NCBI GenBank assembly: GCA_004431415.1
Contig: QPMI01000641.1
Coordinates: forward strand, 114,079 to 178,078
DNA: 64,000 nt
Source: Cyanophora paradoxa CCMP329
Lineage: Eukaryota > Plantae > Glaucophyta
Direction: 5' to 3'
Numbering within the stretch: the first letter of the stretch is position 1; each line of letters opens with the position of its first letter. The position numbers and the translations under genes were made by a program. The notes below the pieces were generated by a model that saw nothing but the letters and a program-made list of their open reading frames with translations, was not told the DNA's origin and made no database searches. Shown in pieces: positions 52,598 to 64,000 of the stretch.

Positions 52598-54323
52598 CTA
52601 TTAATATTTATCTGCAATTTGGACGCGAACATCCCTAGCCTTGTCTAAATAACAGTCCCGTCTTGCGCGAATGCAGGGGCAGTGGCAGCCGCGAGCTCGA
52701 GGTGCGCTGCAGAAGTTCAAAATTAAATGTGGAGCCGATTTATAATTTTGCCTGCGTACATTTTCTAATTCACGGCGAATATTAATGCCGGCGCCGGCGC
52801 GAAAGAGCGCGAAAGATGGCCGGATCCGGAGTCGGAAGAGGAGCCGACCCCGCAGCCGACCCCGCCACCCTGATCGCGACCACACGTAAGACCGAAGCGC
52901 GCGGCTCGAATGTGAATCGTATTGAATTCCGGATCACGGGCGTGCCAGCTACCGGTCACCATGGCCACCGGCCCCTCGAGTCAGAACGCCGGCGCCAGAG
53001 CTGGAGACGCGGGGACGGTACCTCCGGATCCGTTCCCCGCCTGTTTGCTTGTATGCAATTAATATTCCCAAGATTAACTGCGCGCGTCCCCTGCAGAGTG
53101 GCCGCTCCAGACTTGAGCTCGAGCTTCACTCGCGGCTCTTCGGCGTCCTCCGCGCCACGAACCGCGATCGCGAGGGCCCATGGCCAGGGCTTCAGCCCCC
53201 CGCCAGAACAGCCTGGACCCGCTGCAGGCGCATCCGCGCAGGTGCGGCGAGACTTCCACCACATCTGATCTCGTTCGAATTCTGCCGAACTCCATTCTTC
53301 TTTCATTCCAATCTCTTCTTCGAATTCCGCCTGCAGCCCCACAGCTAGGCCCGGGAGAGACCAGGATCCAGATCTAGAGGTCCTTCTGCAACAGACTTCA
53401 AATTCATCTCTTCCAACAGGCGCGCCCGACGTCCCCTGCAGGTGCGATGGGGCATCCGCGCCTTAGCTTGGTGTTGAGAATTTGAATTTGAGGACGCGGA
53501 TTCGCAGCTTGGCGGGCGATCGGGGCTTGCAATCGGACGCGCAGCGGACGCCCTTCCTTGCTGGCGCCGCGGCCGGCTACAGCGTGTCCCCTCTGCGCGA
53601 CGCTGATCGCGATCGCGAGCCCGCGGCCGCCGACCTCCCTCTCCACGGCCCCCTGCGCATGCCCCGGGCTCCGGACCCCGTCTCGCCCATCCGGAGCGAG
53701 CTCCCGATCCGCCGGGCCCCGCCTCCCGTCTCGCCCGTCCGAGGCGCCGGCGAGCTCCTGGTCACGCAGGGGTCTCCAGCCGCGCCCCGATCGCGAGGCG
53801 TCTCCGTCTCCCCCGTTCGAGGGTCCGGAGGAGCCGCCAGCTAGCGCTACTGTATATATAAATTAGCTTCGTCGACGTCTTATGGCGTCTTCGCGATCGG
53901 AGTCCGCGACGCAGGCGGAAATATATAAGTGCGCGTCGAGCGGAAATATCGAGAGGGCGTCAGATCTAGAGATCTAGAGACGCGAACTGCAGCTGCATGC
54001 CCGCTAGGGTCGACGTCGACGAGTACGTATACGTCGACATCGACGTCGACGTCGGACGCCGACGCGTACGGCGCCGGATGCGCATGCCGCAGTGCTTCGC
54101 GCAGCTATAGCTAGCGCTGCGCATGCGGTCGCCGCCAGGCCGTATACGCGTATTAGTCGCCGCGCCGGCGCCGCGGACCGAAGCTCTCGCTAATAGAGTC
54201 GCTATCAATATCAATCAGCCGTACGCGTGGCGGGCCTAGCTATAGATCACGCTTCCTCCCTGTACCCCTTGAGCCGTGCCGGGGGGGGGGGGGGGCAGGG
54301 GGGAGTGAGCAGGAGCACAAAGC

Positions 54324-57300
54324 ATGGCGTTCTCGGCGTCCCTCGTGCCGGCGTCTGCGGGGCGCCAGATCAGTGCCGTCCTCACTCCACTGCGCTCGGT
54401 ACACGTGCAGAGAGCTCCATGTCGCCTACGTGCGAGCAACAGCAAACAAAGGCGCGTAATTGCGCGCTTCCCGGAGGGCGCAGCTGAGGCCCTGCTTCGA
54501 ACAGGGCTTTCTTCTCTGGAGCCCGCTCGCTGCGCCCCTACGGCGGCGGCGGTTCCCGTTTCACTTGTACACGTGCCGTGCACGCCGAGGCCGCCGCCCC
54601 CGTCGCCACGCCAAGCGGCGCCGGCACAGCTTTCAGGTGAGAGCGTTTCACGTCTACGCGTCGCGGAGCGTCGCTCTCCGGCGGCGCCGCGGCCGCCCCG
54701 TCTGACCACGACCTCGACCGGGGCCCGGCGCCGGCGTCGCTCGGCAGGGAGCTCTACCCGGCGGTGGACGCGCGGGAGGCCGGCAGCAGCGTGCGGGAGC
54801 TCCTCGAGTTCGCGCGCATCCGCGGCGAGGTCGGCCGCGGCCTCCGCGACCCCGACGCCTTCAGGCGCGCGCCCCGGCGCTTTGGCCTGCGCCTTCGAGC
54901 GCCGAGCGCTCACGGGGCGGTGCGGGGCGGGGCGGGCAGGCACATGGCGGCGCACGCGCTGCGGTCGTCGTACTTCTGGCTGCACCTGGACGCGGCGTTC
55001 CGGGCCTCGCAGCTCGGGGGCTCCCTCGGCGCTTCTCTCCCCGACATGTGGTCCTCCTTCCGCTCCGCCATGGGCGCCTCCCGCGTGCGGCCCCGCCCCC
55101 GCCCCTTCCCCGCGCCGTGCGCCTCCGCCCACGGAGCTCGGCTCCCGCCGCAGAACTACAACACGCTGTTCGCGGAGCTGCTCGTGCTCTTCAAGCAGGA
55201 CTACGAGAACATCCAGCGCGGGTGCCCCGCCCCGCCCCGCCCCGCCCTGCTTTCCCCGCCCCGGCCCCGGCCCCGGCCCCGCTCACGCAGGCCCCGCTGA
55301 TGCCGGTTTCCCTCGCGCGCAGCTGCTACAAGATGCCGTGCGCCTTCCCGAGCGCGCCCCCCCGGCCTCTCCCGCCCCGCCGGCCGACGCTGGCGCCGCA
55401 GGTACGACATCGACCCGAACCCGCTCCGCAACCCCCAGGCACGCCCCGCCGCAACCCCTCCCGCCCCGCTGCCCCACCCAGCCGCACGCCTTCCGGATCC
55501 GGGCCGATGCGGGGCGGCCCGGCAGTTCAACCCGGGGACGGTCCTCTCGAGCGTCGCCTCCTTCCTCCGCGAGGGCCGCCGCGTCCGCCCCGCCCCTCCC
55601 GCCCGCCCGCCACGCCCGGCCCGGCCCGGGCCGACGGCTCCGTGTCTCAGGTGCTGGAGCGGCGGCGGGCGGGGCGCTTCGACGACGTCTGGCTCGAGGA
55701 GGCCGAGTTCCTCCCCGCCGTCCGCCCCGCCCCCGCCCCCGCCCCCGCCCCCGCCCCAGCCAGCCCCTCCGCACTTCCGCCATGCGCGCCCCGACGCTGA
55801 CGCGGGGGGTCGCCGGGCCGGCAGTACTACAAGCGCACCTTCCACTACCAGACCGTGCGCGCCCGGCGCCCCCTCCGCCTGCCCCTCCCCCCGCCCCCGC
55901 CCCTCACCCCGCGTTCGTGCAGGACGGGTACCTGAGCCAGTACAGCGCCGAGAAGTGGGCGCCCCGCACCCGCCCCGCCCCGCTCGCTCGCCTCACGCCC
56001 CTCAACTCGGCCCCGCCGCCCCCGCCCCCGCCGCCAGCTACGACTACCTCGTCGAGGCGCTCTTCGTCGGCGGTGCGGCCGCCCCCGGCCCCGCGCCCCG
56101 CGCCGGGCCTGGCGAGCTCGGGGGCGGGGCGTGTGCGCAGGGGCGGACGCGATGCGGCGGCACTGCATGGTGCCCCTCGCCGAGTTCATGCGGGGGCGCG
56201 ACCCCGCCGCCACCTCCTACCTCGAGGCCCGCCGCCCCCGCCCCGCCCCTCCCCTCCCACCCCTCCACGATAGACGGGAGGCCGCCACTCGTCCCGCCCA
56301 GGAGCCCGCCTCGCGCTACGCGTCGCGCCCTGCGGGCCGCTCCGCCCCTCCTACCCCCGCTCCACCCTTAACATAGGAGGCCGCCGCTCCGCCCAGGAGC
56401 CCGCGCCGGCCCTTCACTCCGCCCGCCCCGCCCGCCCCGGCTCCGAGGAGTCCGCCTCGCGCTACGCCTCCTCTGCGACCGCCCGGCGGACATTCCACCT
56501 AGGGCGTAAACCCTTATCTCCGCCTCCACCTCCTACCCCGAGGTCGCCCCGGCAGCCCCGGCGCCTCCCCTCCTCCCCCCTTCTCCTCCCGCCCCCCCCC
56601 CCTCCCCCCCCCCCCCACCCCCCTTCCCCCCCATCCTCACCCACCGGGACGGCAGGTCGCCTGCGGGACGGGGCGCTCCCTCACCTTCGTCAAGCAGTCC
56701 TACCCCGACCTCCAGGCACCGCCCCGCCCCGCCCCGCCCGGGCCCCCGCCCCCGCGAGCGGCCGATCCTCCCCGCAGATCACTGCGACGGACCTCTCGCC
56801 CTTCTACCTCGGTGCCCCTCCCCCGCCCCCCTCCCGCCCTCCCTCCCTCCCTCCCTCCCTCCCGCCGCCGCCGCCGGCCTGAGTCGCTGGGGCGGGGCCG
56901 GGGGCAGCGGAGGCTCGTAAGAAGCTGGAGGGGATGGCGGGGGCGCCGGTGCGGTTCGCGCAGGGGCGGGCGGAGCGCCTGCCCTTCCCCGACGCCTCCT
57001 TTGACGTCCTCAACTGGTGCCCCCCGCCCCCCTCGAACTCGACCCCCCGGCCCCCGCGCGCCGGCCGCCCCCGGGGCCGCCCCCGGCCCGCCGGGCGCCT
57101 GCGGCGTGCAGCTGACGGGGCTGACCGTGGCGGGGCCCGCGGGGCAGCGTCTACCTCTTCCACGAGATCCCGAGCCCGTGCGCCGCTCTCGGCCCCTCTC
57201 TCGCCCGCCCCGCCGCCCGACGCCGCCGGCGGGGGCGGGGGTCAGATCCGGGAGCAGGCGGCGCGGGAGTTCTTCCGCGTGCTCAAGCCCGGCGGCCTCC

Positions 57301-57972
57301 TCGTCTTCATGGACTCCATCCAGGCCCGCCCCGCCCCCCGCCGCCCCCGGCGCCCGGCCCCGGCCCCGCAGCCCCGGCGGGCATGCGACCGACGCCTCGG
57401 GCGGGGCGCAGCTGGGGGACCGCGAGTACCTCGACCCCTACCTCGAGCTCTTCCCCAGGGCTACCACGAGGCGCGTACCCCCCCCTCCCCCCTGCCCCGG
57501 CCGCTGACGGGCGGGCAGCCGTTCTACGTGAGCTACGTGAAGCAGGACCTGGCGGAGCTCTTCGTCGGCACAGCCGGCTTCCAGGTCCCCCCCCCCCCCC
57601 CCCCCCCCCCCGCCCCCGCCCCTCCTCCCCCCTTAGGCCTCCGCGCCCCTCTACCCGCCCCGCTCCCCGCGCCCCGCCCTTCGGCCTCCCCGCCCCCTCC
57701 CCACCCCGGGCCCCGCCCGCCCCCGCCCCGCGCGCTGAGCTCGGGTCGGGGCCGGGGCCGGGGCGCAGGCGGACTCGGCGGCGATCGCCTTCCGATCCAA
57801 GCTCCTCTCCTTCCGGCCCGCCCGCCCCCACCCCGCCCCGCCCGGCAGCCCCTGACGGCCCCGCAGGAAGCCCCTCGAGGAGGCGGCCCCGGCCCCGCCA
57901 CCGGCTCCCCCGGCGCCCGAGGCGGCGGCCAGCGTCGACGCGCTGGAGCAGGGCCCCCAGCCGGCCCCGTGA
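54324..57972 (+). CDS. Host multi-exon class I SAM-dependent methyltransferase, probably plastid-targeted
   Basis: Short exons splice to [38 protein letters not shown]...LEVACGTG...TDLSPFYL...AERLPFPDASFD..CVYLFHE...EFFRVLKPGG...YHEPFY. MAF- Ser/Ala-rich N-terminus. Confidence 0.88.
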
Positions 57973-59946
57973 TGGGCCTCGGGGCCTCCGGCCGCCAGCT
58001 GTCCCGTCCTCGCCATCACGCCTCGCCGCGCACGCGAGCTTTGTATTTCGCGACACGTCACGGCGTGCTTTCTCGTTAGGAGCTGAACGCATCCGACAAG
58101 AGCGTATATATATGTGTGTGTGTGTGTATGTTTCGGCCGAGCAGCAGACCTTCGTTCGCCTAGCCTTGTTATGCTATCGACATCGAATCTTTGGGTGCCA
58201 CGTATGTATACGTAGGTAGGTACCTGCAGCTTCTTGCAATTGTCGCAGTGCAATGAGGTTTCGAAATCGCAACCAGTGAATTCAAGTACATTGAAATCGA
58301 ATCTGTCTAGCTTTTGGAAATGTAAATATGGCAAATCTGTCTTTTCGATGCGGCATGTACATGTCGGCCGCCGCGGCCGCCCGTCGTGCCCTCCGCGCCC
58401 CGCCCCGCCGCCCCCACGTGCACCGCACCCTCAATCTCAGGGATTCTCAGAGTCTCAGCGGCCTCTAGATCTACTAGTAGATCTGCTTTGTCGTTAAACG
58501 TTGGCACTCGTTGCCGACCGTCGGACACTCGTTGCCGAACTACATATGCATCCGTAAAATATTTAACATGGTACACGTCGTCTCGCCTGTTCTATGCCGA
58601 AAACATGTACAGATGCTCAATTACTGTGAAGTATACGCGTACGGGTACTGTACGGCTAGTGAGATATTTAGAATTTCGAATTCTGTACGTATGTGCCCAA
58701 GCCGACAAAGCCTCTGGCCAGCGGGCCAGGCTGGCCGCCAGCTTCCAGCGAAAACTTAGCTTGGCCGGCCAGCTGGCGGCCAGCCTTCCGCTAGGAGCTG
58801 AAGACTTGGACAGGCCAGCTGGCCAGCCGACCAGCCGCAGAGCCCACCTTCATAAATGAAATCGGTGTCTTAGAGACGCTTTTATAACTGTTTTATTGTG
58901 CACTGTTAAGATTATCCGTAGTTGATCTTATCAAGCCACGACCTCAAGCCCCACTTCTAGCCCCGAGCCAGCCCAAGCAATGCCAACGATTGGTCCACGT
59001 CGATCCGCGGGCGCGGGCGCCGGCCGCGGCCCGCGGGCCGCGGCCGGCCGGCGCCGGCATGTATATATTACTAGTCTTTATTTAAATTTCAAAAAGTTAT
59101 CAACTTTTCATGGTACTAATCGACTCGCGATATATATCGATCGGATATCGAGCCTTCTCATCGCTTCGGCGACCGCCAGGCCCTGGTACCGAGTACTCCG
59201 GGGCAATCGCTAGCGCGAACCGTCGGACGACGGACGCGGCGCCGGCGATCGCTTAAAAAAGGCCCCGGCCCGATCCGAGCCCATGGCCGGCGGGCATAGT
59301 GAACATAGTGCCAAAATGTCGCCCCGAAATCACGGTTTTTAGAAGGATCGGAAGAAAGCGCGCCCAAGCAGGACCGAGGGGCGGTTCCGGCACGTACCTA
59401 CTGACTCAGAGCTGCTTGCGCTGGGCCCGCCGGCCGACGCCATGAGACCCGGTTGAGAGCTCGAATCCCTGCGCGCCGCCTTACAGCGGCCGAGGATGGG
59501 GCGAAGGCTGCAGAATTCGATGATGTGCACCTCGGACAAGCGAAAGCGCGTAGCTAGCGCGCCGCCGGCGCCGCGGGTGAGCCGATGAAGCCAGCGATGT
59601 GTACTCCTCGCGTGCGCGGGCGCGGCGACGTCGCCTGCCGGGCGGGCGTGGCGCCGCGGGGCTGAGCACGGCGCGCGCACGGCAGTGCACATGCGCATCG
59701 GGCGGTGTTGACGTTCGCGCGCTGCAGCTGCATGCATGGCGCCGGCCGGGCGCGCGGAAGTTGGTTTTTTTTGCTATTCGTCCCCCCTGCGCTTCTCCCC
59801 CCCTTCATTCCCCCGAAGTTAGCCACCGGTGGCTAACTTGCGATCGAAGGGTACAGGGATCACCCTCCTGAAATTGATCTCTTACAAAACCAACGCTGTC
59901 GTAGAACCCTACACTATCTGCAAGCGGAATCAGGCAATCTGCAGTC

Positions 59947-62900
59947 CTACGAAAGCCTTGCACCGCTGCAGGAGCCCTTTTGCCTGCTCTTCGTTCGCGA
60001 AGATGTCAGGATGCCCGCGCGGGGCGCGCGGAACCACTCTGTGGAGGCGGCCACAAATGGTGCGCATGCTGTGGGATCGCGCAGGTGGTGGCCACTACAC
60101 ACCACCCGGCCCCAGCGCGGGGAAAACAGGACCTCCAGGACGCGGTCGACCCGGCACTTCGCTTTGAAAGTAGACCCAGCGGTCGTGCGCGCGTTCATCT
60201 GGTATGCTGGATCAGAGAGCTCGACGATCGCATGCACCACCCTGCAACCAGTGTCATGATCGGCACGCTGCGCAACGACACCGTTACAGATAGAAAAAGG
60301 AAAGGAAAGGAAGAGAAAGTAAGAAAGAGAAGGGGGAAGAAAGACAGAATGAAAGAAAAGAAAGGAAAGGACGCACGGCCAGTGGTCCCACTCCAGGTTC
60401 TTGAAGCTCTTCAGGATGTGCATGATCGCCTCCGGCGTAACGTTCACGTCGTCGAGCCGTCGGACTTCGCATGCGACGGTGCATGCACCTAGGCCTTGCC
60501 GGGCCGTGCACGCCAGGTCTCCGTCGTTGGGTGGGAGTCGGGCAAGAACCTCCACGTATGCGCGCACTGCAGGGCTCGAGGCTCTCGCCCCGCGCACCGC
60601 AGTTGCGATTTCCGCAACGCTGTCGCGCACTGAACGATAGCCGTTCTCCTCCCGCGTCATTGCGGGAAACATGTGCAGCTTCGCCTTCAGGGTGGTGCTC
60701 ATCTGGTTAAGGAAGCGGTTCTCGGTGTTCGCGACTCTGCGACGAGAAATCAGAAAAGACCGCTGACAGAGGACATGACGGGCGGGGGTACACATACCGT
60801 CTGTAGAGCAAGGAGAGGAGGGGTATTGGAATGGGGCGCTCGGCTGTTCCCATCCACACGGCCTTGTTCCGTCGCGTGTACGGTGGGCGGACGTACAGCT
60901 CGACCTCTTGCTCCACCTCCTCCATAATCCCCTGCGCATTTGGCTGCGAATTGCGTGAGCCGCCGCGACGACGATGGCGCCAGGAACGTGCTCACCTCCT
61001 GTACTTTGTCGACCCTCACCTTGAACGCGGTCGCCCCAGTTCGTCCACCTCCGGATACTCCTCTCCGGAGCTGTGGGATCGGTCCCCGCGGTTCAAGAGG
61101 CGGTGATTGGGGACGTCCGACTTTGCACCGATCTGCTCCAGCGCCGCTGTGACTTGCTTCAGCGCTGGCATGCTGTTGTGTGATACACGGCCTGTCCCGT
61201 ACTTCTCCTGCGTCGAAGTTCAGTTCATGTACGTACCCCCCCCACGCTCCCTTACCCCCCGGGCGCACCACTATCTCGGGCTTGGAGCGTATCCTTGTGA
61301 AGGCCTCGTTCTCCGGGTCCTCGCGATAGACAGCCGCCGGATTCGCGAGCGCCTCGTGGCACGCCTGCCAAGAGACCGAAAGGCAGGCACGGTTCGGTTG
61401 TGGGTTAATCGCTAGGGGGTATCGAAGATTCTGTACCTTCAGCGGCCTCGGTGCTGGGTGGGGGGCTGCTCCGGGGTCCTCCCGGCATCCCGCCTTGCCT
61501 CCCACTGAGCTCGGGCCCTCCTTGCATCTCCGTGTTCATCCTCGTCGATTGCCAGTGCGAGATCGACGAGGCCCTTGAAGATGAGCTGGTTGATGGTTGT
61601 TGCCCACCGTCGGAATCGAGCGATGCGGACAAGGCTTGAGAAGAAGATGCCAATGGAGATGCTGCTCGCTGGCCCGGCAAGCAGGCGCAGGACCTCCATC
61701 CCACTCGTGCGGATGCGCTGCAAAGCCTTTTCGTCGATTGGTCTGCCGGCGCCGCTGTTGACGTTCTTGTTTCCTGTTCCCGACTGGCACTTCTCCACCA
61801 GCCTCTTGACTTCTTCGAACTCCGAGAGACCCGCCCGCGCCTTTCTCTTACGCCCCTTCTCTCTTGGCATCTCTTGCGCCAACATGTCCTCCACAGCCGC
61901 TGCCGTAAGCTCGATACATGCATGCAACCTGTGACAGGAAGATCAGATCAGAAACGATGGCGTACCCCCCCCCCCCCCCCGCGGCCCCCCGCGCACCAAA
62001 GTTGGAGTGACTCGCCTTCGCTTGTCTGCTGTTGCGCTGACTGAAGTAAGCGGATCAGACTTCGGAGCTGCTCCTTTGCTTCTTCTGTTGTGCCTAGATT
62101 TAAAGCTTGCTGGCTGAGCCCGAGAGTTGCCTGCATGCGTGGCAGATTGACTTGGGCCTGACCATTCTTAACCTGAGCGTGAAGTTGAGCTCGACGAAGT
62201 ACAAGATTTAGATGAAGAATGTCACCTCCAGGAATGCATCAGCAAGAGACTGAGCTCGAGCTGGCTCGCGCTCCATATCTGCCTCTGCAGGTCGCCAGGC
62301 AAGAAGTTGTGTGAGCACCGCTGCAGCTGACCGGATATCGCCATCGACAGGAGCTGCAATGCAGTTAGACCACAACGAAGCGCCACTTAGCAGTCATTCA
62401 AATGCAACTCACAGTAGAAATCAAGCGACTCGCCGCCTGACTGACCAAAGAAGTACAGCTCGATCCATTGGGAGAGGTACAGCTTCGATTGTACAGCATA
62501 CGAGCGGCTATCTGCACGAGGCGCTGCGGGTTCCTGGAACTCCAGAGCCAAGATTACCTGCACACAAAGACACAATCAGCAGATGCAGCAAGCAGCAAGC
62601 ATGTCAAACTTGCCAGGTCTATTTCACGCAATCTCCTCTCACGGGCGTAGATCTTGTTCTTGTAGAACCACTTGGCTCGCTCCTTTAGCCAATCGTGATG
62701 CTTGTCTCGCATTTCCTTGTCCACTTCGAATTGCCCGTGCTCGCCTACAGAACCAAGGCCAAGAAATGCGCACTGCATCGGCATTCAGTACATTCACACG
62801 ATGGAAGAACAATAGAAGCTCACATCAATGTCAATGAGTTCCTCGTAATGCGAAGAACTCTTTGTCTCGTCACCGTTGCCGTCGTTTACATTGCGTGCAG

Positions 62901-63881
62901 CCTCTTGCTGGCGTGTCGACTCGAGCGCCACCTAAGATCATATTCAGAACAGAATCGCAAGATAAGTTGCAGTAAGAACTGCACCGAGCTCAAGAATTGC
63001 TTCAGAGCATTGAGCTCGTCCAGGGTCCGGTCCCGGGCCGGTTCGCCGCGAAACCGCACTCGGCAAGACCTAGCCTGAGCTTGAGCCGCCTGTGCTGTTA
63101 TCTACACGAGCATGAGCTGACATCATAGGTACTCTGACAAATCGTGCACCAGATCGAGCCAATCAACACAACTTTGAAATATGTCGCCTCGCTGTTCTCC
63201 ATTCGTTTCCACGAACAAGTCCCGCAGCGCTTGCAAGGCTTGAGGTGGGGGCAAGTTGATGAGAACGCCCTCTACGTAGTGCAGCATGGGGTCCAAAGCT
63301 GCACAACATATGAGAGATGCAGCAGTTAGGCCTCCGGGCTCGTGCACCAACATCGTGGCGGCGGTGTACACTGGGTCCGGGCCGGGGGGAGGGCAGGGCC
63401 GGGGGAGGGCAGGGCCGGGGGAGGGGCAGGGCCGGGGGAGGGGCGGGGTCGGGGGAGATGGAGGGCGGGGCCCGGGGGATGGGCGGGGTCGGGGGAGGGG
63501 CGGGGCCGGGGGAGGGGCGGGGTCGGGGGGAGATGGAGGGGCGGGGCCCGGGGATGGGCGGGGTCGGGGGAGGGGCGGGCCGGGGGAGGGGCGGGCAGTA
63601 CCCCTCTCCCCGCGTCGCACCGGCCCCGCCGCGCCGGTCAGCGTGGGGACAAGCTCAAGGCTGGAGCGAGCGCCGCCGCTTGCCGTGCTGCCCCCGAGGC
63701 CGCCCCCGAGGCCACCACCCGCCGTGCGGCCCGCCAGAAGGGGATTGGGAGATGAGCTGGAGGTCCACTCCATCTCTTCCTCCCCAAAGAGAGTGCTCCT
63801 GGGGTCGACATGCTGCGGAGTCGGGCATAAGACACCGAAAAGCAGCGATCGCTTGGCCAATGAGAAGGCGGTGGACGTCAA
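59947..63881 (-). other. Unresolved minus-strand coding-like fragments (host gene or decayed transposon)
   Basis: Several moderately complex minus-strand ORFs separated by intron-like C-rich or pyrimidine tracts. No motif recognised. Confidence 0.25.
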
Positions 63882-64000
63882 GCCCGCGGCGACCGTTAGA
63901 ACTGAGAACCCAGAAGCGATCGCCGGCCCAGCAGCTCTTTGTTAGAGGTCGGACTCGCTGGGTATGGCGCCGAACACAAAGCGATCGCCGAGCAATGAGA

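Noticed and set aside
49097-54300. Numerous short ORFs in the host flank
   Set aside because: Overlapping GC-driven ORFs without recognisable motifs. A gene model cannot be supported.
58499-58988. Possible MITE bounded by CGTTGGCA/TGCCAACG
   Set aside because: Only an 8-bp match and no TSD.

Overview
This is eukaryotic genomic DNA. The GC-rich, intron-dense flank and an MAF- transit-peptide start suggest an alga such as a glaucophyte (inference). The first 49 kb are a nested stack of integrated Polinton-like viruses (PLVs). Outer element A (<1-49096) is interrupted twice: by a 10.5-kb fold-back element with no recognisable genes (131-10595, TSD GCCATC) and, inside its major capsid gene, by a close relative, element B (13054-47049; 405-bp TIRs, AG..CT ends, TSD GGCGC). 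B's PolB-helicase-HNH fusion gene is in turn split by a different, apparently complete PLV, element C (16052-37306; 377-bp TIRs, TG..CA ends, TSD AATGAC). C carries pPolB, integrase, packaging ATPase, MCP, two pentons, a patatin lipase, an HNH-AP2 nuclease and a fibre-gene cassette. B also holds a 1.2-kb non-autonomous Helitron. Removing each insert plus one TSD copy restores the interrupted reading frame exactly. The last 15 kb are host DNA, including a multi-intron SAM methyltransferase gene. All calls are from reading the sequence by eye; no database searches were run.
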